This document shows positions 11,710 to 23,083 of a DNA stretch of 64,000 nt, piece by piece. A model generated the notes under the pieces. It was not told the DNA's origin and made no database searches. It saw only the letters and a program-made list of their open reading frames with translations. Positions within the stretch are counted from its first letter, which is position 1. Each line of letters begins with the position of its first letter. The stretch lies in NCBI GenBank assembly GCA_964019335.1, contig OZ025684.1:62001-126000 (forward strand), written 5' to 3'. A program made the position numbers and the translations under genes. The DNA is from Diplonema japonicum (lineage: Eukaryota; Protista; Euglenozoa: Diplonemea).

Positions 11710-12400
11710 ATGAAAAAAAGAAAAAGAGAAAAAAAAATCAGATCGTTAACCGTTTGGTAAAAAAAAAAAAGAAAAGAAAAAGAGGGTATATCTGAAGATG
11801 CCACTTTCTTTTTTTTTTTTTTCCTCTCGGAGAACCTAAAAATCTCCCTGTTTCTGTGTTTTGGGCATGTAAAGGGTGATCACCAAATCCAGTGGTTCAA
11901 AAAAGAGCAGAAGATCCTTGAAAAAAACTCAGGGACATTCAGAATACCCCCCCTAAATAAAAGGTGCAAAATATCTCTTTTTTCTTTTTTCGATTCCTTC
12001 TAATGATTTTATTTTTCTCTTTATTTTTCTTTACTTTTAAGAATTATAGGAATTTCCTCTTTTCTCTTTTTTTTAGTGTCAAAGAGTACAAATCAGATTG
12101 CTAACGGCTACTTATAAATAATATTCTTTTTTTTTTTGTTTCTCTTTTTTTTTTTCTTTTTCATTTTTTTCTTTTTCTTTTTTTTTTTTTTTCCGGCTCC
12201 AAAGAATTCTTAGATTTAAAGGATGAAAAAAAAAAAAAAAAAAAACTATTCTGGCGCTTTGTTTGCTTGTGCGCACTAGCGGGGGGAAAGAAAAAAAAAA
12301 GGGAGGGGGAGAGGAGAGAGGGATGAAAATAAAAGATCCATGGTCTAGTGTCAAAAATTGTCAGTTGACTTTTTTTTTCTCTTTTTTTTCTCCTAGTTTT

Positions 12401-12883
12401 TTAGGCACTTTCATATTGCTCACTTATGACGGCCAGCATAGTCCTAAGGTCGTGTGGGGACAAGGTCTCCACTTCCGTGCTGCTAAGCTCAGGAGTTGAG
12501 ATCAGAGCCTTGGGCGTTGTATCACCACTGCAGCTAGAAGTATCGCTGCTTGTCCCGCCAGTAATTGCCTCCGTTCCATGGATGTTAATTCTTTCCTGAA
12601 GGCCTTGTTTCTTGGTGTGGATGTGTAGCCTGGCGCAGGGACCTTCAACGCCGCATTTTGCGGTTCTGGAGAATTCTGCGCATTTCTTGCCCTTCCAGAT
12701 CTTCTCCTTGACCTTCCACTGTCCCTGGCACTCTCTGCACCTCAGCGTCATCTCGCCCTTCAGCACCCTGACGTTATCCCAGCTGTTGTGGTCACACGGT
12801 TTCACCCTCTTCCCCGAGGCCTGCGTCTCACCCGGCACGTACCTCGACATTGGAAGAGCAGGCACTTGGGACACAACGAGCAT
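12401..12883 (-). CDS. Small Cys/His zinc-finger-like protein (PCxHNSWDNVR...RCRECQ...CxxF...C...C...H)
   Basis: ATG 12883 in A-rich context; 160 aa with clustered Cys/His. Confidence 0.75.
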   Translation of the reverse strand: MLVVSQVPALPMSRYVPGETQASGKRVKPCDHNSWDNVRVLKGEMTLRCRECQGQWKVKEKIWKGKKCAEFSRTAKCGVEGPCARLHIHTKKQGLQERINIHGTEAITGGTSSDTSSCSGDTTPKALISTPELSSTEVETLSPHDLRTMLAVISEQYESA

Positions 12884-13215
12884 TTCTTTTTGTTTATATA
12901 TTTTTGTTTTTTGCTTGCTTGAGAATAGAGCTGTGCGGTGTGGTTCTACCTTTTTTTTTTTTTTTTTTTTTTTCTCATCAACAAAAAAAAAGAGAGAGAA
13001 TAAATAAAACAAGTTAGCAACAACTCATATATACTGTAAAAACAGTTAATTTCCGGAAGGAAAATCTACCGGAAGCTCCGTAGGACCGGAAGTTTTTACC
13101 TCCAGACGTTCTTTTTTCGGGGCTACCCCAGGAGGGGCGCATCATAGGATGGGTATGCCACTGCGGTCGGGTAGCTTACTTCGTCTCCCAATCCACCCAA
13201 GACATGGGTTCAAAT

Positions 13216-16053
13216 TTATTGTTTTACAGAATATGTCCCGGGCCTGGAAAGGACCGGGTGCGACACGTTGTTCCCGAGCCGTCTTCCGAGCGTGGCCACG
13301 ACGATCTTGCGACCTGTGTTGCGCCTCCCTTTGCTCATCTTGTTGTGGTGGCTGCGGGTGTCGATACCACTCGCTGCAACACGGGTCTTGAAAGGATCGC
13401 GCAGGCCGTCGATCTTGAGGTTGCACTTCTTCACGATGGGCGGCAGAAACTTTTCAGCAAGAAACTGCCGCACCTTGAGCTCCAACGGGAGGTAGGGCGC
13501 AGGGTTCTTGTAGACAGCCACTGCGCACACGATTTCAAGAAATTCTTGATACGACACACCAAGATCGTAGTCGTCCTGCATCTTAGTGAAGGTGAGCTGC
13601 AAGACATATTGCGTGCACTGCTCGTCATAGATGCGTGTGTCGGTCATCAGCTGCTTGAACTCCTTGTAAGACATCTCCTTCATCTCCTTCGCGCTCTGTG
13701 TTATAGTGTCGTTCGTGGCCTTGCCTGACGAGTAGTACACAAACACCTTCTGCAGAGCTGTCTTGTACTCCAACAGCAATGCTTCCATGCGCTTCTTATG
13801 CAGCTGTTCCTTGAACGACCCCACTGATATGTGGTTTGCATTGGGGACGATGATCTTCTCGATGAAGGTTCTCACGCGCTCCACAGGAGGCAGGTCTTCC
13901 ATGTCAAAGATCTCCGAACCCTCGCGCTTGATGGAGATCTTCTGGGACATCCTTATCAGCATGGATGTGAACTGCGTGGGGTTAAGCCCAGTGCCGAGGC
14001 TGTCCGACCAGTAGCTGGAGACATCTGTAGCGGCGTAGCAGTCGTTCAACAGCTGCGACATCTCAGCGCTGGACAGAGTGTTGCTGGTTAGATTCTCCAC
14101 ACGCTTCACATGTTCGGATGTGGCGTAGTACTTGAATATCCTGCGCAAGGGACGATAGTTTTGCACTAATATTTCATAGAGCGAGGTCTTCAGCGTCTCT
14201 TCGTCCATCTCGTCAACATCATACTTCTTCATGACAGGCTTCGCGATTTCGTCGTCTATCTGTGTGAACAGTTTCATGTCTCGCTTCTCTGCGGGAGTCA
14301 GATCTTCGGGGTCAGGGTCAAACAGCGCACACGACAACATGGTGACCAGGTCGTTCCCCACGATGCAGTTCTTCAGCGACAGCACCCCACGACGCTTCCT
14401 GGCTGCAACGTACTTTGCGTAAATGTCTTTAGGATGGTACCTTTCCATTGCCATGTAGGCCATCATCTCATCGGCGAGCTCGCTCTCCCCCGACGAGGAG
14501 GCGTTGTCAGGATCACACGAGGGAGGGGGTGTCGGGGACCACCTGAACTCAGCTGACTTGAACCACCTCTCCTTCCGTTCGTCGAGGATGCGCTGCAGAA
14601 TCGACGCAAGGACAGTGTACCTTGGCAAGCCCCTCCCGTCGTCTGAGGAGAGGGACTGGCTGTTGCAGGAAACCACCACGCCGCAAGACTGGAGCATGTC
14701 TATGACCTCTTCTGCAGAGTCCACGTTAGCAGTCTTGTTGTAGCAGTCCTCGAGCATGGAGTGCGTCACGATGTTTGGTGCTACCCTGCGCAACACTGAC
14801 GCGATGGCCTGTAGCTCTTCCGTCGGGCGGATGAAGCCCTCATCGGCGTCCAGCTGCTGGTTAAACGGCTCGGGCATGTCTTCAATGAGCTTATTAATGC
14901 ATATCTTCACCAGCTTCGTATCATATGCCTCGTCGTCTTCGCCTTCAGCGTCCTCCTCTGCATTGTCAGCCGGCAGCACACAAGTCTCCAAGAAGCTCAG
15001 TAAGAAGTCTTGCAACTCCTGCTCCGGGATTGTCCCTGTCTCGCAGTCACGTACCACCTTCTCTAGCAGGCCCCCTGCGGTGCCCAACTCTTTATCTTTT
15101 TCTCTAATGACACCTGCCTGGTTTTCGATTGTAGCTTCAAGCACTTCTAACTTCTCCAATAGGCAGTCGTGCTGCTTGACTACCTCGTTGTGCTCCTCAG
15201 TGAGCTTCGCTAGTTGCTGCCGCGCTTCGCTATTTGCCTCCTGTTTGATGGCGTCCTTCCTTATGAAGGTGACCTCTTTGCGCATGTCGTCTACCTTCTG
15301 CTCCAACCTTGTGTTGTGTCTTTTCAGCTCCCTGTTTTTCTTTTCGAATTCGCTCACGGTTGCCTTCAGACGGCTGACCTCTTTAGAAGACCGTACGAGG
15401 CCCCGCCAAGTGCAGAACACTCTGCGGAGCATCTCAGCGTGGTGGATCCGGATGAAGGTGGTCAAGACCCTTGCCTCGCGTCCTTGAAAGAAGATGGGGG
15501 CCTTTCTGGCCCTGGGTGAGATCAACATGGGGGAGCTGGGGTCATCGTCATCGTTGAGAACCTCTCCCAAATAAGCAACAAGGTCTGTGAGAGCAGTAGA
15601 AATGGCGTCGGCAGCAGGCCGAAGGCCCGGTCGGTGTTCAGTAGTCTCCGCAAGCACGGAGATGAGCTGCTGAAGGATCATGTCGGGGTCGGTCATGTCG
15701 TTCAAAGCCTCGACGACAGAATCTGTGTATCTCTTGTCTTCGATAAAGTTCCCAAAGGTGCCCAGGTACGCCCCCACCGCCTCCCATTTCTTCTCCAGCT
15801 GATTCGGCTCCGCTCGTGACAAGGCAGAACTCAGAGCTGTCTCTAGCACCGCAAACCCTGTGAGTCCATCTCTCTTTACCAGCATGTCACGGTCCCAGTC
15901 TACTTCTGTCATTTTCCTTCTCACCGCCCTGCTCACCTCACGTACTCGCAACTCTTCGATGTAGCTTTCTGCTTGGCCTTTATGCGGCATATATGAGTTA
16001 ACATCGCTGGGCCGTTGAAGCGGTGCTAAATTAATGAACTTCTTTTCTTTCAT
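13216..16053 (-). CDS. Coiled-coil protein with C-terminal EF-hand-like repeats, function unknown
   Basis: 945 aa from ATG 16053; heptad-rich region; EMSYKEFKQLMTD and GVSYQEFLEIV EF-like motifs. Confidence 0.85.
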   Translation of the reverse strand: MKEKKFINLAPLQRPSDVNSYMPHKGQAESYIEELRVREVSRAVRRKMTEVDWDRDMLVKRDGLTGFAVLETALSSALSRAEPNQLEKKWEAVGAYLGTFGNFIEDKRYTDSVVEALNDMTDPDMILQQLISVLAETTEHRPGLRPAADAISTALTDLVAYLGEVLNDDDDPSSPMLISPRARKAPIFFQGREARVLTTFIRIHHAEMLRRVFCTWRGLVRSSKEVSRLKATVSEFEKKNRELKRHNTRLEQKVDDMRKEVTFIRKDAIKQEANSEARQQLAKLTEEHNEVVKQHDCLLEKLEVLEATIENQAGVIREKDKELGTAGGLLEKVVRDCETGTIPEQELQDFLLSFLETCVLPADNAEEDAEGEDDEAYDTKLVKICINKLIEDMPEPFNQQLDADEGFIRPTEELQAIASVLRRVAPNIVTHSMLEDCYNKTANVDSAEEVIDMLQSCGVVVSCNSQSLSSDDGRGLPRYTVLASILQRILDERKERWFKSAEFRWSPTPPPSCDPDNASSSGESELADEMMAYMAMERYHPKDIYAKYVAARKRRGVLSLKNCIVGNDLVTMLSCALFDPDPEDLTPAEKRDMKLFTQIDDEIAKPVMKKYDVDEMDEETLKTSLYEILVQNYRPLRRIFKYYATSEHVKRVENLTSNTLSSAEMSQLLNDCYAATDVSSYWSDSLGTGLNPTQFTSMLIRMSQKISIKREGSEIFDMEDLPPVERVRTFIEKIIVPNANHISVGSFKEQLHKKRMEALLLEYKTALQKVFVYYSSGKATNDTITQSAKEMKEMSYKEFKQLMTDTRIYDEQCTQYVLQLTFTKMQDDYDLGVSYQEFLEIVCAVAVYKNPAPYLPLELKVRQFLAEKFLPPIVKKCNLKIDGLRDPFKTRVAASGIDTRSHHNKMSKGRRNTGRKIVVATLGRRLGNNVSHPVLSRPGTYSVKQ

Positions 16054-16263
16054 CGGTGGTCTTTCTTTTCTTTTGTTCCTTTTGCTTTGTTCCAAGGAAA
16101 TGGAGGGGACAAGAAGAAAAAAAAAACAATAACGTGTTTGTACTTAATAATATGAAACGGGGATAAAGAAATAGAATCTCTCGCCGTCACCCTTCACACA
16201 ACATATCTGCTCTACCTTAGGAAACTACGAATTAACAGCGCAACGCCATGTATAGCCAATCAC

Positions 16264-16653
16264 TTAATCACTCTTGCTAGCAACGAACATTGATTGCACG
16301 AAGTCTGCTGTGAAGGATGTCATGTTCTGCACAAAGCCGCAGCCCCAGTCGTAGGCCCTCCATGTATAATGTCCTGCCTGTGCCGCGTAGCCATCAGCTG
16401 AGTTGCCAGCTACCGACGTGCTGGACGGTGCCTCAACAGGGGTCAGCAGAATCTTGAGCTCTGTGTTCACATTGCCCACCAGCATGTCTCCGCTTAAAAC
16501 CTTCCCCTTCTGGATTAGCTTAGGCATGTCCCTTGCAGGGAGCCCCTCTCTTTCCAGCACCCTCTTCCCCACATCACCAAGTCTGTCGGTCTCGAGTACA
16601 GGGCCGACCATCACTGTCCTGCCCTTCACTAGAAACCGCAGCGTCACCGACAT
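16264..16653 (-). CDS. Small ubiquitin-like domain protein
   Basis: ATG 16653; PKLIQKGKVLSGD ubiquitin-fold signature; 129 aa. Confidence 0.75.
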   Translation of the reverse strand: MSVTLRFLVKGRTVMVGPVLETDRLGDVGKRVLEREGLPARDMPKLIQKGKVLSGDMLVGNVNTELKILLTPVEAPSSTSVAGNSADGYAAQAGHYTWRAYDWGCGFVQNMTSFTADFVQSMFVASKSD

Positions 16654-16745
16654 TGCACCACCACTCCTTGAGGATACGGTACTTGCTAAAAAGGAAAAAA
16701 GAAAGACAAACAACGAACTAAGAAAGAAGGAAAAAAAAACTATCC

Positions 16746-16894
16746 TGCGTTTTTGCACTCACCGGCCGGGTTGAAATTAGTCCCCGTTCTGGGGGACTCT
16801 GGCAGGTTCCTACTGCTGTGGTCAAACTGCGGGGCGCTCATGGTTCGCTCCGGGAGTACCGGCCTCCTGTCATACCCGTGGTGGTCGGTCCTCC
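16746..16894 (-). mobile_element. Short LINE family B 3'-end fragment with internal deletion
   Basis: Clear nucleotide homology to 10616-10815 (gcactcaccggccg..., ggtcaaactgcgg, ggcctcctgtcatacccgtg). Confidence 0.85.
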
Positions 16895-17070
16895 AAAAAA
16901 AGGACCATCCACGGGTGAAAAAAATATATATAATATATGATATTATTTGCACCCCCTCCCCACTATTCTTTTTATTCCTGTTACTTCACCGTGGATGCTG
17001 GAACGAGGGGGCAGAGTCACCGTCGTGCGACTTCTGTTTTTTTTCTTTTTTCTCTTCTTTGTCCCGCTTC

Positions 17071-17628
17071 TCATACCAACTGTCGTGCCACCTCGCTGTC
17101 TTTTGTCAGACAGGCTTCGAGCTTTGGGTCGCTGTACATACGTGCAAGATCGCCAATGTCAAGCCCACGGTTGCTGTCCACATCGAGGTAAGCGCAGAAG
17201 TTGACCCAATCAGTTTCGGTTAGAGAGGTCCCTTCTGTAAGTTCTTGCATCTTGCGTGCGTCGGAGTAGCCTAGGTAACCGTTGCCATCGAAATCAAAGG
17301 CCATATGCACATAAGTAACGACCTTTAGCTTGTTGTCGTCTGGGCCAGGGGCTGAGGTGAGGCTTAGCCGTCTAGAAGATTCTAGTCCCGAAGCAGACGA
17401 AACCACCTCACTCAGCACGGATGGAATCTGGAACAGAGGTTCCAGCCGCAATGAAGGATACCGCTCGCCCAGGTCGCCCTGCTGCCCAAAGGAGGACTGC
17501 CCCGAGCCGCCCTTCATGTCCTCCAACAACCCCACCACAGTCGTCCTGAAACTGTCCTCTTTCTCTCTGTTCTCTTGCAGCACCTTCTCTATCCTTTCTA
17601 CTCTGTCCTTCAGCGATTCAGATGACAT
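17071..17628 (-). CDS. EF-hand protein with N-terminal coiled coil
   Basis: ATG 17628; AFDFDGNGYLGYSD and DVDSNRGLDIGDL loops; 185 aa. Confidence 0.8.
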   Translation of the reverse strand: MSSESLKDRVERIEKVLQENREKEDSFRTTVVGLLEDMKGGSGQSSFGQQGDLGERYPSLRLEPLFQIPSVLSEVVSSASGLESSRRLSLTSAPGPDDNKLKVVTYVHMAFDFDGNGYLGYSDARKMQELTEGTSLTETDWVNFCAYLDVDSNRGLDIGDLARMYSDPKLEACLTKDSEVARQLV

Positions 17629-17834
17629 ACTCTTTTTTCTTTTCTTTTTCCCCTGCCCCTCCCTCAGCCCCTCCCCTCTGTTTGGATGGTTGTCAATAGC
17701 CATAGCCACAGCCATAGCCATACCAGGGGTGTGCGTTGGCCGCTTGGCTGCTAACCCAGGAATGGGCCGGAATTCCGGACGGCTTTCGTTTTACAGTTCT
17801 TTGCAGAGTTAGAAGAGAAAAAAAAAATATATAT

Positions 17835-17870
17835 GAGCTAAAGGAAGTCTTTGTGAGACGCCCCCTTGTT
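17835..17870 (-). mobile_element. Extreme 3' end of LINE family A
   Basis: atatatgagctaaaggaagtctttgtgagacgccccc matches 28168-28207 and (inverted) 25648-25690. Confidence 0.75.
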
Positions 17871-18539
17871 AAAAAAAAAGAAGCGGAAAAAAAAGTGTAA
17901 ATAAAACTTGAAAAAAGACAGTGTTTTTCCACCATGGTATGCATTGGTCCCGGATGCTCCATGTGGGAGTCGGCGGGCTTAAGAGCGGGTTGCCCCATCA
18001 CAGCGTGCACACAGCTAGCTAGGTGAGGTGTCGCCACTCACCTGTACCATCACTAACTACGCAGCTTACCTACGCAGCATTCAGTAGCGCTGCTCCTTGG
18101 GAAGAAAAATAGGAGGGGAGGGGGTAAGTTGATTCTACTTGTGTTTCCTCCCAACTCCCGTAAGGAGTACAAACCCAGCTAGACACTGTCAGTACTCGTG
18201 CTTGGATCCAGTTGAGCACTGTCATTATCCATGTTGGTCTTTAGTTTGAGCACCGTCATTACCCGTAGGCAGTGCGCGTCTCCGTACCTTCCTCCATGGG
18301 CAGAGTCGCGGTCAGACTGTATAAGTCCATCCCTTGTGGTGTTGGGAACCATCTCTTCCCGTCCGACTGTGGTCTGGGCAAGGTCACCGCGGGCACGTGA
18401 ATGGGTGGGGGGGGGGGGGGGGGGGGTCAGTCCAGTTGTCTTCCTTCTCAAACCTCCCCCCCCAAGAAAAGAAAAAACTAGTTTGGCGCATAACTCACTT
18501 TATCAACAAGTTTTTAAGCCTCGACAATAATATTGTTAT

Positions 18540-20050
18540 TTAACCATCTACCAACGAGCGTCTATATATAGACGATTTGAAAAAAAATCTTTTACGCAAA
18601 GGGCTTTCAATGCAATACGGCCCGGTCCTTTCTTGCCGGCGGGGTCCTGCGCGGAAAATATGAAAAATATAAAATGCTGCCCTAACTTAACAAGAAAATG
18701 AAAAAATGAAAAAAAACGCCAGCCCAAATTTACCCTTAAAAATCACTTCAAAAAAAGGCGCCCGGAAAGAGGCCGGAAGAGGACGTTATGAGTGATGGCA
18801 GCACTGATGGCTCATCCCTATTATGCAATTTTGATACGAACAGTGATTCTGATACGAATTCGACCGATTCCGAGTCACAGCAGGGTGATTGGACGATAAA
18901 GCCGGAGCAGTTGGAAGGCATCCGGTTTCGTGAAGATCGGAATCCTTGTGGACCCTGTTTTGACATCAAAGGCTCAACGCCATACCATATATTCTCCAAA
19001 TGCTCGTCCCAAACGTTATTCGGGTCATAACTTCGAACAATGTGGCAAATGCGGCTAAAAAAGGTGTCTCCCTGGATCTCGATGCTGCTTCTCTGCGTAC
19101 CTTCCTAGGTGTCCTTCTGTCGATGGACTTGGATATCAAGCCAGATTATTCTGATTACTGGTGCACAGGCTCCACGTCTCTCAACTACACCCCTGGGTAC
19201 GCCACCGTCATGTCAAGAGACGGCTATTTGACTATTCTGGGAAATCTGTGTTTCCACAGCGAAACAAACAAGCGTGACTTCTACCTATCGCAAAGGCCTC
19301 CCGGAGATCATGGATGCCCCAAAGAAGCGAGGCCGCATGCCCAAGGACGCGCATCCCGTGGGGACACCCAGTTCCACCAGCACGCGAGCATCCTTTGCAA
19401 CACAACGTGGCATGACATCATGCCTGTGTGCTTTCTATCGACGTTGGATGTTCAGGTGAAGTCGAAGTTGACGTGTCGGCCAAAAGAGAATGAAAGCCGG
19501 AAAGGACATCCCGCCCCCCACCAAGTGCATATTTACAACACCACAATGGGCGGAACCGACGCTGGGTGATGCTGTGACAAAACGCCATAAACGCACCCTT
19601 ATGACTTAAAAGTGGCCCCTAAAAGTATTTTTGTACTTGTTGGGTAAATCTCTGGCGAATGCTTGGCTTGTTTGGAAAGAAGCCTTGCCCCCCAACACCC
19701 TGAGTACGACAGTGGATTTACGCCTTTCAAAGAGGCAGTCACCGAAGGGCTACTAGGGAGGCAGTCTAAACAACAACAGATAAAGTCAACTACAGAGCAG
19801 GCTGCCCCAATACCATGCCCCGAAACACAGAACGAGTGCTCTGAGACCCCAATGCGCCGTGACAGTACCTTCTGGGACCATTTCCCCGAAAACAAAAAAG
19901 AAACATTTAAGGGTACCTGCGGTATGTGGCAGGACGCCTGAAAGACGCCTGAAGGAAACAAAACGTGTTGCCTTATGGCAACTTTGTGTGCATTCTCGTA
20001 AGAGAGTGCGTCTTGATGAGGAGGTTGAAGGGCAATGTATAAGAAAATAG
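18540..20050 (+). pseudogene. Decayed piggyBac-family transposon (PGBD-type transposase, frameshifted and internally deleted)
   Basis: Motifs LRTFLGVLLSM..DYW..MSRD..ILGNLCF, TWHD..VCFLST and P..V.IYNTTMGGTD. Left end is TTAA(18540-43)+CCATCTACCAACGAG with palindrome CGTCTATATATAGACG. No right TIR seen. Confidence 0.85.
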
Positions 20051-20228
20051 TCGACAGTCAGCACACGGTACAAACCCTGGGGGAAATGTCGCATGCAACC
20101 ACTACTCTTTTTTCAGCTCGATACGAAGATCTAAGAAACACCTCTTTAATTGCTTCGTAAATGTCTGACAAAAAAAAGGGGGGGAAGGGGGCTTCTAGGA
20201 ACACGGTCACAGTCAAATATGAAAAGTG

Positions 20229-22169
20229 TCATCTTTTTGAATAACACACCGCACCTACCGGACCAGCCCTCCAGGGACACTCCTGGTAAAACCAGGCCTG
20301 ACCCCTTTGCTCTCGAATGCGTGGGCGTGCCACCATTTTGCATAGAAGAACATAGAAACCGTTCTTGCTGCGAATGGCAATCCTCCATTCGGTGACCTTA
20401 GCGATGGAAAGCAGCTTCATCCACAACAGGTCGAATGAATTCCATGTCCCGTCAAACTGTCCTATCAAGCTTTGCACCGCCATGCCGTTCATCAGGGCCT
20501 CATCGAACCACTGGAGCGTGGCACTGACAGCTGGTTCCACTAGTGAGTCACGCCACTTTGAGTGGACTTCGTTAATGTTCGTAACCGCACTGTCAAAGGT
20601 CTCTCCAATTGACTTGTTCCCAGCGCTGTTTGCGTGATCCTCCGCCTGCTGCCCTGCCCACACTGCCAGGACGAAGGCAGTCGAGGAGGCTATCACCGTG
20701 ATAGTGAACGCCGTCGACAAGGAAGCGAACCTCAACGACACAGTGAACGACTGTCTTGCCCCCGTTGTAACCAATCTTCTTGACGCTGCGCCCATTCATG
20801 TACAGCACCCACCCTATGAACAAGAGCACTACAAAGCCAACCCCCAATAGAATACTGGCGTCCCACTCGCTCATGTTACTCCCTAGCGCCGCCTGGGAAA
20901 GTGACTCCGCTTCGTCTGACTTCTCAGGCTGGTACACTTCGGCTTTTTTCATCTCAACTTCCTCCAGCTGCATGGTGAACCTCACAGGATCGGAGGCTCC
21001 CAACCCTTGTGTTGTTCTGCTTCCATAGCCGACATAAAGTCCTTGTAAGATGTGACATCCACAGAGTGCACGGGGATGTTGATGAGGCGGCTGCTTCCCT
21101 CCAGGCCGAGGGTCAGAGGTGAATCCCTGACCCGAGGACCCCAGAGGCTTGCGCTTCTAAGACAGACGTGTAATACAGACATTTGTGAGGGGCTTTCATC
21201 ACGACAACCATGCCGCTAAACGGCGCGAAGTCCAACTTGTCGCATCCGTCGTTTGCAGAGAGATACACGACGTTTAGAATAGAAGAGGGGACAGTGAAGT
21301 AGTTCGAAGTCTTGGAAGGGAGAAGGTTGTTCCCACGGAGGCAGACCTGAACGGATGAGAATATGCGGGCGATGGAGGAACATCTGCTGCAGACTCTGTT
21401 GCGGGCTGTTCGGTTAGCGCAGTGAGCCAGGTCGAGCTGCGACATTGCCAAGCCGCAGTTGTCGACAGATGCAGGGGGCAGGCTCAGAGGGGTGTCGCAC
21501 GAGAAACGAAGCTTCCCCCTCACATGCTGCCCTGCGTCTAGCATCTTTAGGAGGAAGTCACCTTCGCCCTTTGGGATAGTCCCAGACGGGATGTCCTGAC
21601 GTGGGTGCGTGCCATGCATCAGATGAAGCTGATCCTCAACCGTGTTTGCAATGACACTGTCGACGAGATACCCCGCCAAACCACCTGCATCAGCAATGTT
21701 GTGGAACTTCTCAAAGAACCGACAGCCGCCCCTCCCCACCAGCGCGAGCTTGCCATTGTAGTTCTTGTCCATAAAGTCCGTCGCATTGCAACCCCTGCGG
21801 CTTACATCCAGCTCCGTGATCGGTCCTTTTCCCACAGCAATGATTTCCTTCTCCACCAAGTAGTGGGTGATCCAACCCGATATGACCAGATGGGACACTT
21901 GGTGTGAAAGCGTTGTCAAGAATCGTTAACCTCAAGCCACTCAGCTCAGCAGGATACGTGATTTCCAAATGATAAGGGCTGTTCGTGTAGCAGCTCTCCG
22001 CCTGCTGCCAGTGTTCGTTGTGACAAAGTTCTTGCCCCTTCAACCCATATAATGAATCCCCAAAGGACACACCGGAACGCTTGTACACACAGTTCGAGAT
22101 CTTCACACTGCACTGCGGGAAGTCAGCCGCGACAAGCGGGATTCCTAGTAGCCAGATTGCGCAGGACAT
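20229..22169 (-). pseudogene. Frameshifted PA-domain membrane protein, probably a receptor adenylate-cyclase-type gene, 3'-truncated
   Basis: Five overlapping ORFs join into signal peptide, PA domain (GKLALVGRGGCRFFEK..ADAGG), second PA domain (..EAQASGVLG..INIPVHSV), two TMs, and a segment resembling the N-terminus of 58777-61348. Confidence 0.7.
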
Positions 22170-22535
22170 GTATTCTGAAAAAAAGAATGCATAACGAGAA
22201 AAGGCAACGATTTAAAACAAAAAAAAGAAGAGAAAAGGAAAGCACGGGCCGAAAAGGAAAGCACAAAATAAGCCTTGCTAGAAAGCAAGGGGAACATAAA
22301 TTCAAAATGTTAATGCAGGGGAAAGGGGGGCTGACCGCGCCGGCACTAAAAGCTGTCGCGATCTTAGGAAGGCCATAGTATGTGACACAGCGGCCACCTC
22401 CTTCGATGTAACAAGGGACTCTCTGCTGAGAGCGATGCTAACTAGCGCCATTCATAGTGAAGTCAGGTTTCCCCGTGTGTACGGCATAAAAACGAGTTTC
22501 CCATTGATCTCTTGTCACTGGTATGTCTAGTCTTC

Positions 22536-22988
22536 TTAATTTATCATAAACGAGAGCTTGCTACGTTTCCTGGACGAAGGCGAAGGGGTGCCAGGCATCT
22601 GCTGTTGCACGGCAATTGCAGCTTCTAAATTCCCAATAAACCCGTTCAAATACTCGCAATACTCTTGGGCTGAGGACCCTATTTCCTCCACCCTCGCACT
22701 GACAGCGTCGTGGAGGTTCTGCTGGCTGGCCTCAATGTCCCGTAGGACAAGAGCCTCAACCTCCTCCAGCAATTGTACATTCTGTTGGACTCGAGGGGCG
22801 ATCACGGTCAGAGCAGGGATATGATACGCCGAAATCTGTAACTCGATAATCTCTGTGCTGCTTGCACTGCCGTGATTCTTAGAGTCATCGCTATTCCTTT
22901 CAGGACGTTTCAGGTTTACGGCACTACCAGGGACTAGTCTTGATAAAAAGCCAATACCCAGCGTCCCCTGTTGTTTCGGGTGTGACAT
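22536..22988 (-). CDS. Hypothetical helical/coiled-coil protein
   Basis: 150-aa ORF on the coding strand with normal composition; alternative ATG at 23012. Confidence 0.55.
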   Translation of the reverse strand: MSHPKQQGTLGIGFLSRLVPGSAVNLKRPERNSDDSKNHGSASSTEIIELQISAYHIPALTVIAPRVQQNVQLLEEVEALVLRDIEASQQNLHDAVSARVEEIGSSAQEYCEYLNGFIGNLEAAIAVQQQMPGTPSPSSRKRSKLSFMIN

Positions 22989-23083
22989 ATTTTCTTTTTT
23001 AAAACTAAACATACCTCACGCATAGACTTCACCTTGAACAAAGAACGCATGGACGACGACGTTCTCTTCTGTAGTATGCATTT

